A DNA stretch of 64,000 bases from the NCBI RefSeq assembly GCF_009914755.1, contig NC_060925.1. The stretch is one strand, 5' to 3'. The translations under genes and the position numbers were made by a program. This document shows, one piece after another, positions 49,237 through 62,091 of the stretch (its first letter is position 1; each line of letters starts with the position of its first letter). The notes under the pieces are model-generated. The model saw only the letters and a list, made by a program, of their open reading frames with translations. It was not told the DNA's origin and ran no database searches. This DNA is from the human T2T-CHM13v2.0 reference genome, Homo sapiens.

Positions 49237-50139
49237 AATAATAAGTTATTAGTGATAATTTTGAAACATCAATAATTTGGAATTTTAAACAATATCACCC
49301 TTATTATTTTTATAATGCTTTTGTGCAATTTGATTAAATCATGGGTAAGGAAACATTAAAAATACTGTACCCCTACTGTGATCCTATAAGATCAAGTAGA
49401 CGCTTGTAGGTCAGATTCCTCATCTCCTAATTAAGTTATACTGTCTATAATAAGAGAAGTGCCATGTTTGTAATGTGGTCCACTGGATGGTAAATAAGGA
49501 CTCAGGTTGGCAGTATTGTGGAGCCTTGCCATGAGCAGGAAGCAACACCGATTAAAATAGCAAAACTGAAACCATGCTGGTGTATGGGACTATTTCGATT
49601 AGAGGCAAGCTAACTTAATAGCTTCTGAGACTATCAATGAAGTGTAAAGCACAGATCAGAGCTCATATTGTAGACACTGAGTCATTCAAAAAAGATTGTT
49701 ATATTCTTCATACTACGTTTTAAAAGGCAGGAGGGAAGCATTAATATATTTTATACAAATTTCAATCCAAAGTTTTCAAAATAAAAAAGTGTACATCTAC
49801 GTGGGGTGGGAGGTGTCAGCTTTGGGTATCTCAGATCCGTGTGTCATACAGTTTTCCGTGATCCCAGGCATTGAAGTCAACATCTGTGCCCTTGTACAGC
49901 AGCTGCAGCTGTACTTTAAGATTGTACAGCTGCATACCTTCATGTCCATTCTCTCACTATTTGGTACTTTGACACACAATCTTGGTGAATCTTGGACTTT
50001 AAGTTCTCAAAAAACTATAAGTGCTGTCCAAATAAGAGCTTCCCAAACTCTTGAAGAGAAAATACCATCCTTGTTCTGTCATCTTAGGTCAGAACAGCCA
50101 ATTCAGTGACCTAAAAGTAATGTAAGGAAAGGCAAAAGC

Positions 50140-53100
50140 AAGTATCATGTATAAAATAGTTTATTACCATAATAAATAAAACTTTTTTTTTTACAAATAT
50201 CATTTGTGCTTGTTTAAAAATGTTGAGAAGGGAATATCATCAATGGAAGGGCCTGCACGTTCCTCTTAACATTCCCAAGCCACAGATATACAGTGGTGTT
50301 CTTGGCAGCATCCTCAGCTGACCACAAAAATAGTATCAGCTCATTTACACTTTTGTTTATTCATGCTCATTTGGACAAAGTGACAGATGCAAAGGAAAAA
50401 GAAAACCCAATAAAGGATTTGGCAGGACTCAATGGAAAGAGTATTAATATAAGGAGAAGCCCCAGAATGATGAACTGCTCATAAGTAGAAGTGTCCTTGA
50501 GGTGTCGGTGAAATGTCGGATGTGGACAGTCTCCAACTGATGCACAAATACAGCATCGGAATATTAAGAGAATACATTCATTAGGGGAGGGTGCATCCTT
50601 CAACATAAGATCAGTTTATATCCTGATACAAGATCTGTGAACTTCTCATTGAACAACTAATGGATCCGTCGGATGACTCAGAAGTCACAGATAAAGGGAC
50701 AGTGGCTGTAAGAAAAGTTTAATGGCAGGCAGGGAGGGCACCCACCAGTCTGGCACCTGCAGGGAATTCAAGTCCAGTTCTAGAGGTTCCAGAATAAGTC
50801 TGATATGCTTGCATGAGAATGAAGTTTCACTTGAATTTAAGCTGCAGATAAATTCACATTGATTCTTTTGAGCTGTAGGGGGTAGAAATTAAAACTTCTC
50901 AACATGAACACCTTTGGTGAGAAAATGTTTTTTTCTCTGATGTTTGCAGTCAGTGCTGAGAGGATCATGAAGTCTCCCCCAGGTGGAGGGCACAGGAGCT
51001 GGTGAAGGTAATTTTTAATTGAAGCGAGTGAGAAGGCAGTATATAGAGCAATAACAATGATTTAGCAACAGAGGGAGGCTGTCTGGGGCATCAAGTGTGC
51101 CCTCAATGGCCTCCTCTTTAAGCAACACTAGGTGATAAGGGAGGAGAGAGGAAGGGGCATTGGCAGCTCTATCACAGCTGGAGTTCCATTCAAGGGTCTT
51201 AAGGCTAAACGTCTTTATTGCAAGACATAGTAAAACCTATTAATCAAATGCACATCAGCAACGTGTATCTCCACCAGGGCTCCTAAAATTTCCCAGAGTA
51301 TGCATGGGAGACATAGTGGTCAGTGCAACAAGGGGAAATGAGAATCTTCCTATACCTAGTCTTCCTATACCTAGTATTCCTAAAGAGTTCATTTAGTCCC
51401 CACAAGGGCCTGGACAAAGAGCTTGACAGTTGGCATAATACTTCTACCTTCCATTTAAGGATTTGGAGAGGAAGCTTGCTGAATGGGATGGGGTGGTATA
51501 GTACATTTTTACCCCTGCTCAGCCCTCCCCACTTTTGAAAGAGGAGGATTCCAGGAAAGGGGCTGATGTTTGGCCAACAGCAGCACACTGGATCGAAGAG
51601 GTTGTGGGTAAAACAGTCCCCAGGGATTGGATAACAAGAAGAAATCAAGTAAGAAATGCATTTCCAAAAGTTTCCTGGAAGGCTGCTAAATGGGCTCAGC
51701 TTTTTAAATACTTGGGCTATCCTGTAGCATTAATGTTGTAACCTTATTAGCATAATGTAGCATTGCATTAATGCAATGAGTTGCATTCATGAATGCAATG
51801 AGTTGCATTAATTGTACACTAGACAATTTGGTTTCTCAACCAAATGGTCGTCTCTGTTTCCGTCCTTTGGCTATCTTGTCATGTCCAGTGGAGGAGCCCT
51901 TTGTAAGTATATAGGATGGCAGCGCCCATTGCTGGAGTCAATGCCCCCCCACCAAGAACAAACACCACCTCATTGACCATCTTAGTTCTTAGAGTTAACC
52001 TTAAACCCACCCCTCCATCAGCCGGGAGGAGCACGTTCAACCAGCAGCCAAGTGACAGGGACAGGACCTACCCTCTTCAAAGCAGCCTGTCAGGATATTC
52101 TCTGGGAAATGGAGCTTCAATATGAATGACATTCAAAGTAAAGAATTTAGTAGAAATCAAATAACCAGCACTTACTAGATAATGGTGCCACATATCATGC
52201 CCCGACTCCTCAAAGAGGAAAAACATACATCCTGGGCAAATCTGTTCTCTCTTGGCATACTTTTTCTGAAGTCTAAATGTTCTGTCCCATACCTAGTAAC
52301 TTTTTGTTTCCCTAATCTCTCTCCAGCCACCAGATAATGGTTTATACTGGAAGGCTCAGGTCACTGGTATCTGAGGCACATGGTCCTGGCTCGGGAACCC
52401 AGAGTGGCATCCTGGCATGGGAAGGCAGTCAGCACAAAGCAGCCTGCGGTCAAGTTCATGGTGCGAAAAGGAAGGGAGAAAGGTTTGGCTCATTTACACA
52501 ATGTTTTTTCAAAGAAAACAATTACAGCAAAAAATCCCTCAAATCCTAGGGAGGATTACAGGAGAATAAAGCCCATGCACCCACACGTGCACCTGTGACC
52601 CAAGATGAACAGATTCCTGCCGCAGGAGCTGGCTTCCAGTCATGAGCCCAGTTTGCGCTGATTCACGAGTGCATTCCTAAAGCTACATTCCCCCCAAGAA
52701 CATGTCTGGACTTCAAAGCCTTATACCATCTTTGCCCCTCATACCCAGAGGTCTGAGAAATTTCACGGACATCCGTCTCCCTCAGGCAGAGCTGGAGAGA
52801 AATGGCAGGGCCTCTTGACATTGACCGTTGGGTGCCGGACAAGAAGCCTGTCATCAAGTCCCTGGAGAGCTGAGAGGCAAAAAAGTGTCTCCAGTGGCAG
52901 GTTCTTCTGAGGCTGGGTTTTGGGGGTGATTAGAGGCCTGCCCTGCCTTAAAAGTGGTGGGTCCTAAACTTCAGAAGCAGGTTGAGGAGCATGTTTAAGA
53001 AATGGCAGACTAGAATGTTAGGGGGCAGCCAACAGATGGGATTCCAGATATTTTACGGCCTCTTACCCAAGGACTGGTTGGCAGCTTCTCAAGTGAAAGA

Positions 53101-55110
53101 GGCTGAAGGCCTCACAGCTTTATTCAAAGTCACAGATAGTTGTGACTCGGCCTTAGGAAATTAGACTTCCTCTTACTTGTATGCCGCCATCTGAGGCTAA
53201 ATCTAATTATGTCGCAACCTGGAGAAGCCAGGGGCAGCCCCTGTAAGCCTGATGTGAGAAGCTACATATGAGGTTAGGGCTCATGGAGCAGGACTCTCCC
53301 TTGAGCTCGCAGGCCTTGTCTTCCCAGGGCCATCTGTGCCAACCCTGCGAACCAGGAGAGGTCAGCCCTGCCTTGCACAGACAACCGAGGGCCCAGCCCT
53401 GGGACTCGCCGTGAGCACTGGGCAGGACTAAGGAGGTGGGGTGGGGTGGGGTGGTGGGCAGTCTCAGACCGGAGGCTCTCAGAAACACTGAATATCTTTG
53501 GTAGGGCAGAGGTACCAGGAATGGGGTCACCGTCTAACACAGGCAAAGGTAAGCTCCCTGGATAAGTCCATGCTGTCACCTGTACTCCTAATTCCATTCC
53601 CTCCAAGTTGACTTTTCAGAGCTGAACTTCTAACCTTGCGTGTCAGTATTTGGGGTCCTGACACCTCTCTCTAGGGCATATGCCCCGGCCAGCTCCACTG
53701 TGCCTGGAAGAGACTTCACTCCTTTCCTTTCTCAGATGCCATTGAGAGAAGCCCAAGCACATGAATAACCTGACTTAGGTGACCATGAGGCAGTGAAGTG
53801 TCCCCGAGCATCGTGGCATAGGGGCTTGGATGGCCCATACGCAGTTCTGTGACCATCACTGGGAGCCACAGCTCCAAGGCCACTTCTCTCCATCACCTTA
53901 CAGAGAGCTGGAAACTCACTGCTTCATTCTCTTTCCAGCTCCTGAAGAGAGTACAATCATGATCCTGCAGTCTTTTTCCATTTTCTCTTGAAATCCTACT
54001 GACTTTAATAGGAAATAGAGAGACTGGCTTTAAAATAAGGCCCAGCATGGCTCCCAAGTGCCTATAATGACCCCGTGCGGTGAACAAAATACAAAGGTCT
54101 GCAGGGCAATCCCAATGAGAATCAAAGTATAAACATAGCACTTGCTACAGTTCTGAGGTTGTGTGTGTCTGTGTGTCTGCTTTGTTAATAAAGCAACTCT
54201 GGGCTCATGACCCTTCCTGCCGATGCTCCATACCCTGAGGAATGCCATGGGGACACTTGGGAAGAGGCCAAGAAGGAACAGAAGCAAGGGAGCCTGTGTG
54301 TGAGGCCAGCAGCATGGAGCAGGGCCAGAGGCTCAGCCGGGCACTCCAGAGCCCTCCCTGTCAACTGTCCCAGAGGAGCAGGCTATGGGTTGCACCGCAG
54401 AGAACCCCTGGATCTTAAGGGCCCCTCTCCAGCTCTTACCCTTGCCTCACCTCCTTTGGGGAAGGAGACCTGAGGATTCCCAGCTTCAAGTGTCTATGGG
54501 AGGCATGCACCACACCTGCAGCTGCTTTTCTGGCCTTAACCATGAGACAGAAAGTTTCTGAGCTCTACCCTCCTGTCCCTCAAGCTCTGCTTGTCCCGAG
54601 CTAGTTACAAATGACAACTACAGGAAAACATGGTGACGTCAGACACGGGCTGTACAAGGACGGGGATGCCGGGAAGTCCTTGGCCCACTGCAGTCCATGG
54701 GGGGTCTTGGCAAAGGAGCCCAGCATAGTATATACATGAGAGGTTCTCGGCACTTTCCCACCAGTCCCCAGATGGCTGCTGCTCTGTTCTGGTAGTTTTA
54801 ATCTTTTACAAATATCATGGTAGTAAAAAATTAAAAATGAAGGAAAATACCCTTTAGACAGCATGTCCCTTCTTCCAAAATTGTGCAAAGACGGTTCAGA
54901 TGCAGCTGCCACCTTGCAGGGTAGGGGCACGCTACCCTTCCCATATCTTTTTCCAGATAGAGAAAGAGCACGTCTAAGCCACTGGCCCCACTTTTTCTGT
55001 TAGGAAAAGCCTACTTGAAAATTGTTGGTCATGTGGACATATGTGGTAGGGGTGGTGGTGACGGCAGGGTTGTAGGTATCTGTCTCTGACTGTTTTTTTA
55101 AATAGACCTC
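50140..55110 (-). other. KCNH1: KCNH1 long 3' UTR (~5 kb)
   Basis: Largely repeat-free sequence from the stop codon to a minus-strand AATAAA at 50165-50160 with a U-rich downstream element. The end position is estimated. Confidence 0.8.
50160..50165 (-). terminator. Polyadenylation signal AATAAA (TTTATT on +), likely distal KCNH1 site
   Basis: Upstream UGUA (TACA on + at 50192-50195) and downstream CUUGCUUUUGCCUUUCC (+ 50126-50142). Confidence 0.75.
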
Positions 55111-56094
<984 letters not shown>

Positions 56095-59000
56095 TCACAG
56101 CCTACAAGGCCTCATGAGGCTTTTCTCTATGACTGACATCACCCTCCTTTTCTTGACACTGGCTCCCAGCTTTCCAACAGCAGGGAATTGACTCCCTTTG
56201 TCATTCCCTTCAAGAGGAACACATCCCATTTTTTCCCCTCTCCACATGCCAGGAGGCTGAAGAATCCAAAGAGCATCTTCCCAGGGGACTGTCCTAGCCT
56301 CTGTGCCTGGCCTCCCTTAAATCCATCCTTGTCTGCAATTCAGCAGCATCTGATGAGCCTTTCAAATATCACTTTTCTGGCCCCACTTCAGACCTACTCC
56401 ATTAGTATCTCTGCACAAAAGTTTGAGCATCTCTGGCCTAAAACCACACTTCAGGGCAAGAAAGTCCCCAGGCAAGGCTACAGCTAAGGTTTCCAATGCC
56501 ACCCACAGATCTGGACCCTAAGTGAATGTGGTTGGCTGTGAAAAGTAAAAGTCATTCTCACACGGAAGTCCTTGTCTTGGGGAGCTTACAGTAGACTAAC
56601 ATCTGTAAAGTTGAACATAAACTTGTCCTAACAATAATACCCATCACTTGGACAGTGCTTTGCAGGTCACAAGGCACTTTAATGCTACTTCATGTATTCC
56701 TTTTGACAGTACTGTAAGGTCACTGGAACAACTGTTATTATCCCCATTTCAGAGATAAGGTAAACCACAGCTCAGGGTGGCTAAATATCACATAACAGGT
56801 AAGTTGCCTAGAAGGGACTTGTACCCAAGGTATCAAACCCCAGATCCGTTAGGTGGCCAGCAGGTAATGACTAATGGTGACAATACTTCATGCAGAGGAT
56901 GGACCATCAGCAAAACAGACTCATGAATTTGGCCCTGAGTGCAGCATAAGCCACAGCTTACAGGGCCTTCCCCTGGGTCAGCATCTGACTATGGGAAAGC
57001 CCCAAAATTTCTAGCTTACATTGCATGTGGCAGTTAGACTCTGGGACGTGTTTTGACCCATATCATGTTTGAATTCGTGAGAGGCAACCTGCAATAGGTT
57101 GTCTTTTTAGTGTAAATTTCTGATTTGAGGACTAGAGGTATTGAGATTGTGTAGAATTAGAGGAGAGGCCTGCGGTAAGGGAGAACAGCAGCTTTCTCAT
57201 CATCCAATCTGGAAAACTCTGTGCCCTGGGCAGGCCACTTAGACCCACCCAAAACCTGTCCCAGGGACTTGCCACAGGACCGCCAGTCTTGGGGAGGCAC
57301 ACGTGGTGGCATGCCAGGAGCAGGGGTTTGGGGTCAGAAAGAACTAAGTTTAAGTCCCAGCCCCATTACTTGACTGTGGAACCTCACAGAGGTATCTTAA
57401 CTTCTGAGTCTCAGCTTCCTCCTTAAAAAGTGAGGAAAATCTCTACTTTTCAGACTTGGTATAAAGCTGATACAAGATGACTTATATGAAATCACTGGCC
57501 CACTGGAGATGCTTAAATGGCTCCTGTTGTCCTTGACCTTTCACAGCCCCCAGATGAAGATGACAAGCAACTCACCCTACCTCCTCCAAGAGGCCCTGCC
57601 CCATGCTATCACCAGCAGGTTCTCAGGTATGACCAACAAGATGATTGTTTTATAGTGCCCAACACAGAGAAGCCAAATAAACGGTTAATTGCTTGATGCT
57701 AGGAATCCATCAGCAAATCGCTGGCAGACTAGAGGCCCACGTCTATGCTCTAACTTCTTGGTTAAAGTTTCTGTCACTGGCTGACTTTACACTGAGGTCA
57801 CTACACAGGTGGATGGATGGTTAAATCTTCCAGCTATTACCTGGGTTCCAGTATGTGGCTTTCTGACCTCCACTGGGCAGCATTTCTCCCATCCCTGCCT
57901 CCTCTGGTCCCCTCCTTAGCTGTACCCCAACTGCCCCTATAGTCTGCCTTGCAGATCCAAGAAATGGGACTCAGGAGAATCCTGTCCACCCTGAAGAGAG
58001 CCAGAGAAACCCAACTAAAGGCCTCATGGGGGATGGGAAAGTGATAAGTAGAGTGATTGGGACCCTTTTCACTCTGTGCTCTGAGTTGGATGCCTCTGTA
58101 CACACTGTGCTCTGTTCTGGGAATGGCCTCTGCTCTCCATTGAGCATCCAAATCCTGTTCACACCAAGACCCAGCGCAAATGCACCTCTTCCAGAAAGTC
58201 TTCCCTGATTCCAATGTGCTCTAAGTTATCCTCCTACCTCCCAACTCCAATGGCCCTTTCTATGGTCAGACTGTTCTTCTGTCCTAGTTACTCTCTATCT
58301 TTTATCTATTTGTAGTAGGGAGGCCAACTTTCTTCTGCCTACTCACATGCCTTCTTAGAGAGGAGAGGAGAGAATAAGGGAATAGGAAGGAAGGTGGAAT
58401 GGAGGGAAGGAATGCAGAAAAGGAGAAGGAGAGAAATGGGTGAGAATGTGAATGTACCCAAGAGAGATGATGGCTTTTAGAGCTCATTGCTCTTTTCCTG
58501 CCCTTTATATCTGCAGGATATCTGATTCCTAACACTATCCCCCTTTTTCACTTGAGCAAGTTTGGGTGAGTCTATTCCTTGTAAGCAACAATTCCTGAAC
58601 ACAAACATATCTTATCCCCCTAAAAGGTCCCTGAGGGTTTAGAACAGTACTTTGGAGGTCACACTGTATTTTTTACTTTTTAAATTTTTGCTTATTATTT
58701 GCCCTAAAAGAGCAATGATTTTCCATTTTGTTCCCAATTTCCAGCTGTTTGAAGTGCCTGGTACCTAGCAGGCCCTCAGTAAATATTTGTGGAATGTAGA
58801 ACACATAAATATTGGCTAATGAATCCGTGGGAGAATATCTTCTTCCTGGAAAGAAGAAATCACAGAGGTCATAGTCAATGTTATAAAAAGCAGGGTTTGG
58901 CCTGGACACACATCTCCCTCAACATCAAAGGTCAGGGGCAGCCTCTGAGACTTGAGATGTTCTAAGACTTATGAAAAGGAAGTTCTTCAGATATTGAGGA

Positions 59001-61592
59001 GTCAACGCAAAACGGATCCCAAGAGGCTGTACAGCAAAGGCTTAACATAATTCATGGTGGACATTTGGGAGGGGAAGTGGGAGTTCCTCTTTGAGGGTGT
59101 GGCTATATTGTGCTTGTCACCCAGAGGCCCCATGGGTCAGAATCCTGGACTGAACCAGCCAGCGTATTCAGGTGTTCTGACTGAGTGGTCGACGTGGGCA
59201 GTTCAGACACTCAATGACAGGGCCTGTTGGTGGAACCATGGGTCTCTGGATCTGTGCAGGCTTTTTTTCCAAAGTGTCATCTTAGGCTGCCCTCCATCAT
59301 CCTGTGTGCTAGGCAGCCCCCTGAACATCACTGTCTCAACCAATGGACAGGTGAGCCAGGGACGAGCTTCCTACCCTGCAGAAATGCCTGGTTCTTCCTT
59401 TGAGAATCAGAGGGGTAAAACCAGCAACCCCCAGGGGACAAGGCAAAAGGAGTTTTTACAGAGCTGATGTGGTCTGACAGCTTTGCTGACCTGGAGTCAA
59501 GGGCTCTGCTTACTAACTTCGACTGCTTTTCTGGAGAAGTTAGTCACGGAGTCTGTCTCAGAGGCAGCCATGACCACGCATTTTGCCAAGTATTTTAGAT
59601 CTAAGTGGGCAGGAGTGGTTGTATGACTCATGACAATGAGGTCTGTGCCACCAGCACCAGCCACAGCAGCTCTCCGTCTGCTTGGAGATGCTCCACAGCT
59701 CCCCATGGCAAGAGTGTATCCTGGGAACGATGGGCATGACTCCCAACTCCCTAACTCAGGATGCTCCCTGTACTGGACAGGTGATGGATGGAGGTCTAGG
59801 GAACAAGTGTGTCCAAAGTATTCCATGATGCTCTAATAGGTACTATGAGGGGGAAAAGTTCCAAGGTTAGGTAAGTTTGAGTCACACTGCAATGTTAAAT
59901 GGGTTGCTTTACTGCAGGACTTCTCAGAGCCTTAACATGCTAATGTGCCTTACGAATGTCTAAGGGGAAGACATTATATGCAGCATTTCTTAAGCCAGTT
60001 CCCCCAGATCCACTCTTTTGAATGAAAGAACCCCGTCTGGAAAACACTAAAATTATATCAATGTGTAGGGTATAGGATGCTCTCTGTATTTGTGTATAGC
60101 CCTAACAGATGGTCAGTTGTTTCCTGTTCCAACTGAAGGGGACCTCTTGTCTCTAACTCATTCACTGAACCCCTGGAATTTGAGATTTGAGGACTCCATT
60201 GCAGGTGCATTACCCCCTGGTGGACAGGCCAGGATCAATCCAAACTTTGTGGCTATAGCCATCCCCCTGTTTGTGAAGCCAAAAGAAGTGATGCATATTG
60301 CCCTCCCTCCAAAAATCTGCTTCTAATGTTTGTGGTTTAATGGGGAGAGAGAAAAAGAGATCACAGGTAACTTCTCTATGCACCACACATAGGCTCCTGA
60401 AGGATGGTGTGAAAATAAAACCCTAAAGGACTTCCATTTTTCACTCATCCTCATTGCAGGCTGACCTCATACTGATTTCATCATCTCTTCCTGGCTGATT
60501 TTATTTTTTGAACTCTTACATGAGCTCAGAGAGCTGACATTTAAAAGTACCCCTGAGATAAACATTTTTGCAATGAGGACAACTGCTCATTGGCTCTTGC
60601 CTTCTTTTTTCACATCACAGATCCTTAGTCAGGGACCACACCAACAGAGAGGTGCTGGGGTCTGTCTGGAGAGGTTGTTCCACTGCAAAAGGCCCAGCCC
60701 TGGTGATAGAAAACTACTCTGTTCCTGGCATGGGTTCAAGGCACTGGTAATGGGATAAGTCCAGATCCTTCCTGGATCCAGCTAGAGTCCTGCCAGCCCA
60801 CAGGGGCATATATTTTTCTAGCCTGACATGTTGCTCAGAATGCTGAGAAGCTCATGACTTATTGCAACCTAGAGACAGAGGACACCTGGAGGGCAGGGAT
60901 GCTGCTGTGCCTTGCTCATCCAACTTGGCATCCCTCTGAGGTCGCACCAAGCCAACAGCCCTGAGCCTGGGAAGACTTAAATGGTTGTTGAGCTGAATGG
61001 AATTGACACTCAGATCCTTAAGCTACAGGGATTTCTGAGTAATTATTTTCAACTTGGTTTGAAAAACCAATACCCCTGGAATCTGACGTGAGTCAGGATA
61101 GTCGACCACCTCTTCTGGGTTACATTAAAAGAAGGCCCAGCTCCTCTCGTGCCTAACCTGTTCTCCCCTTGGCCTGGTCCTAGCTAGAGTTTGAGGAGTT
61201 GTCCCCTTGGGGTCTCAGCAGCACGCATGGGGGAAAGGCAGGCCTAGGAGGGGAATGGACTTGCTGGTGTCCTGACAGCAAGACGATGTGGGGAGGGCAC
61301 CCAAGTGGGAGCACATTTACTTAAAAGAACTCAGATTGTGGAATAAAAATACATATGTAATGTCAGTCCTCAGTGGTTTGCATAAATGAGCAGGGGCTGA
61401 GGTATGAGTCATTGAAATCTATGGATGTATCAAAAAGGATTTAGATGATTTTCTCTTGGGTTCAGACACACGTCCCCAGTCTGAAATGCTCAGCAGTAGA
61501 AAGAGCACTGGCTTGGAGTGGTCCTAGCTCTGCCACTGACCAGTCACTGTGTGACCTTGGGAAAGTTATATCCTTCCTTGGTTGTATCAGAT

Positions 61593-61740
61593 CAATGGTT
61601 CTGAAATCTGGCTACACGTCAGAACCCACTGAAGAGGTTCTCTAGTGAGTGAGAATTTCCCGTGGCAGGGCTAGAAACTGGCATTTGCAGCAAACTCCCA
61701 GGTGATTCTGACATGGGCAGCCTGACCCAGGTCTGCTGAC
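61593..61740. mobile_element. MER5-like DNA transposon fossil next to a MIR
   Basis: caatggttctgaaatctggc...aaactcccaggtgattctga. Confidence 0.6.
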
Positions 61741-62041
61741 CAGGCTCTCAGAACCCCTGGATGGATGGATGGTGAGGTCACTGCTACTCTGCTGTCCCCT
61801 GTGCATGGACTTGTGCTCACACATGAGCATGGCCACACACACCAGCTTCCTGTGCACCTCTCTGCCTGTACTCACACTTCCAGCCAGACTCAGCCCTCCT
61901 AGGTGCTGCCTGGGATTGGAGTGGGGGATGACCCTGGTGAGTCTCTCCCTCAGCCTCTGGTCCCTGAAGGATGACTAAGAGGAAACGCGCAGGCCCTGCA
62001 ACCACCTTTAACTCTTTCTTTCTTAGATCTGACAAAAAGCT

Positions 62042-62091
62042 GTCTAGAGTTGGGGTACACAAAGCCGTCTAGAGTTGGGGTACACAAAGCC
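62042..62091. repeat. Perfect 25-bp tandem duplication
   Basis: GTCTAGAGTTGGGGTACACAAAGCC x2. Confidence 0.95.

Noticed and set aside
53182-53197. Possible CTCF site (gcctcagatggcggca on the minus strand)
   Set aside because: The 5' half does not fit the CCASYAGRKGGC core well, so it cannot be supported by eye.
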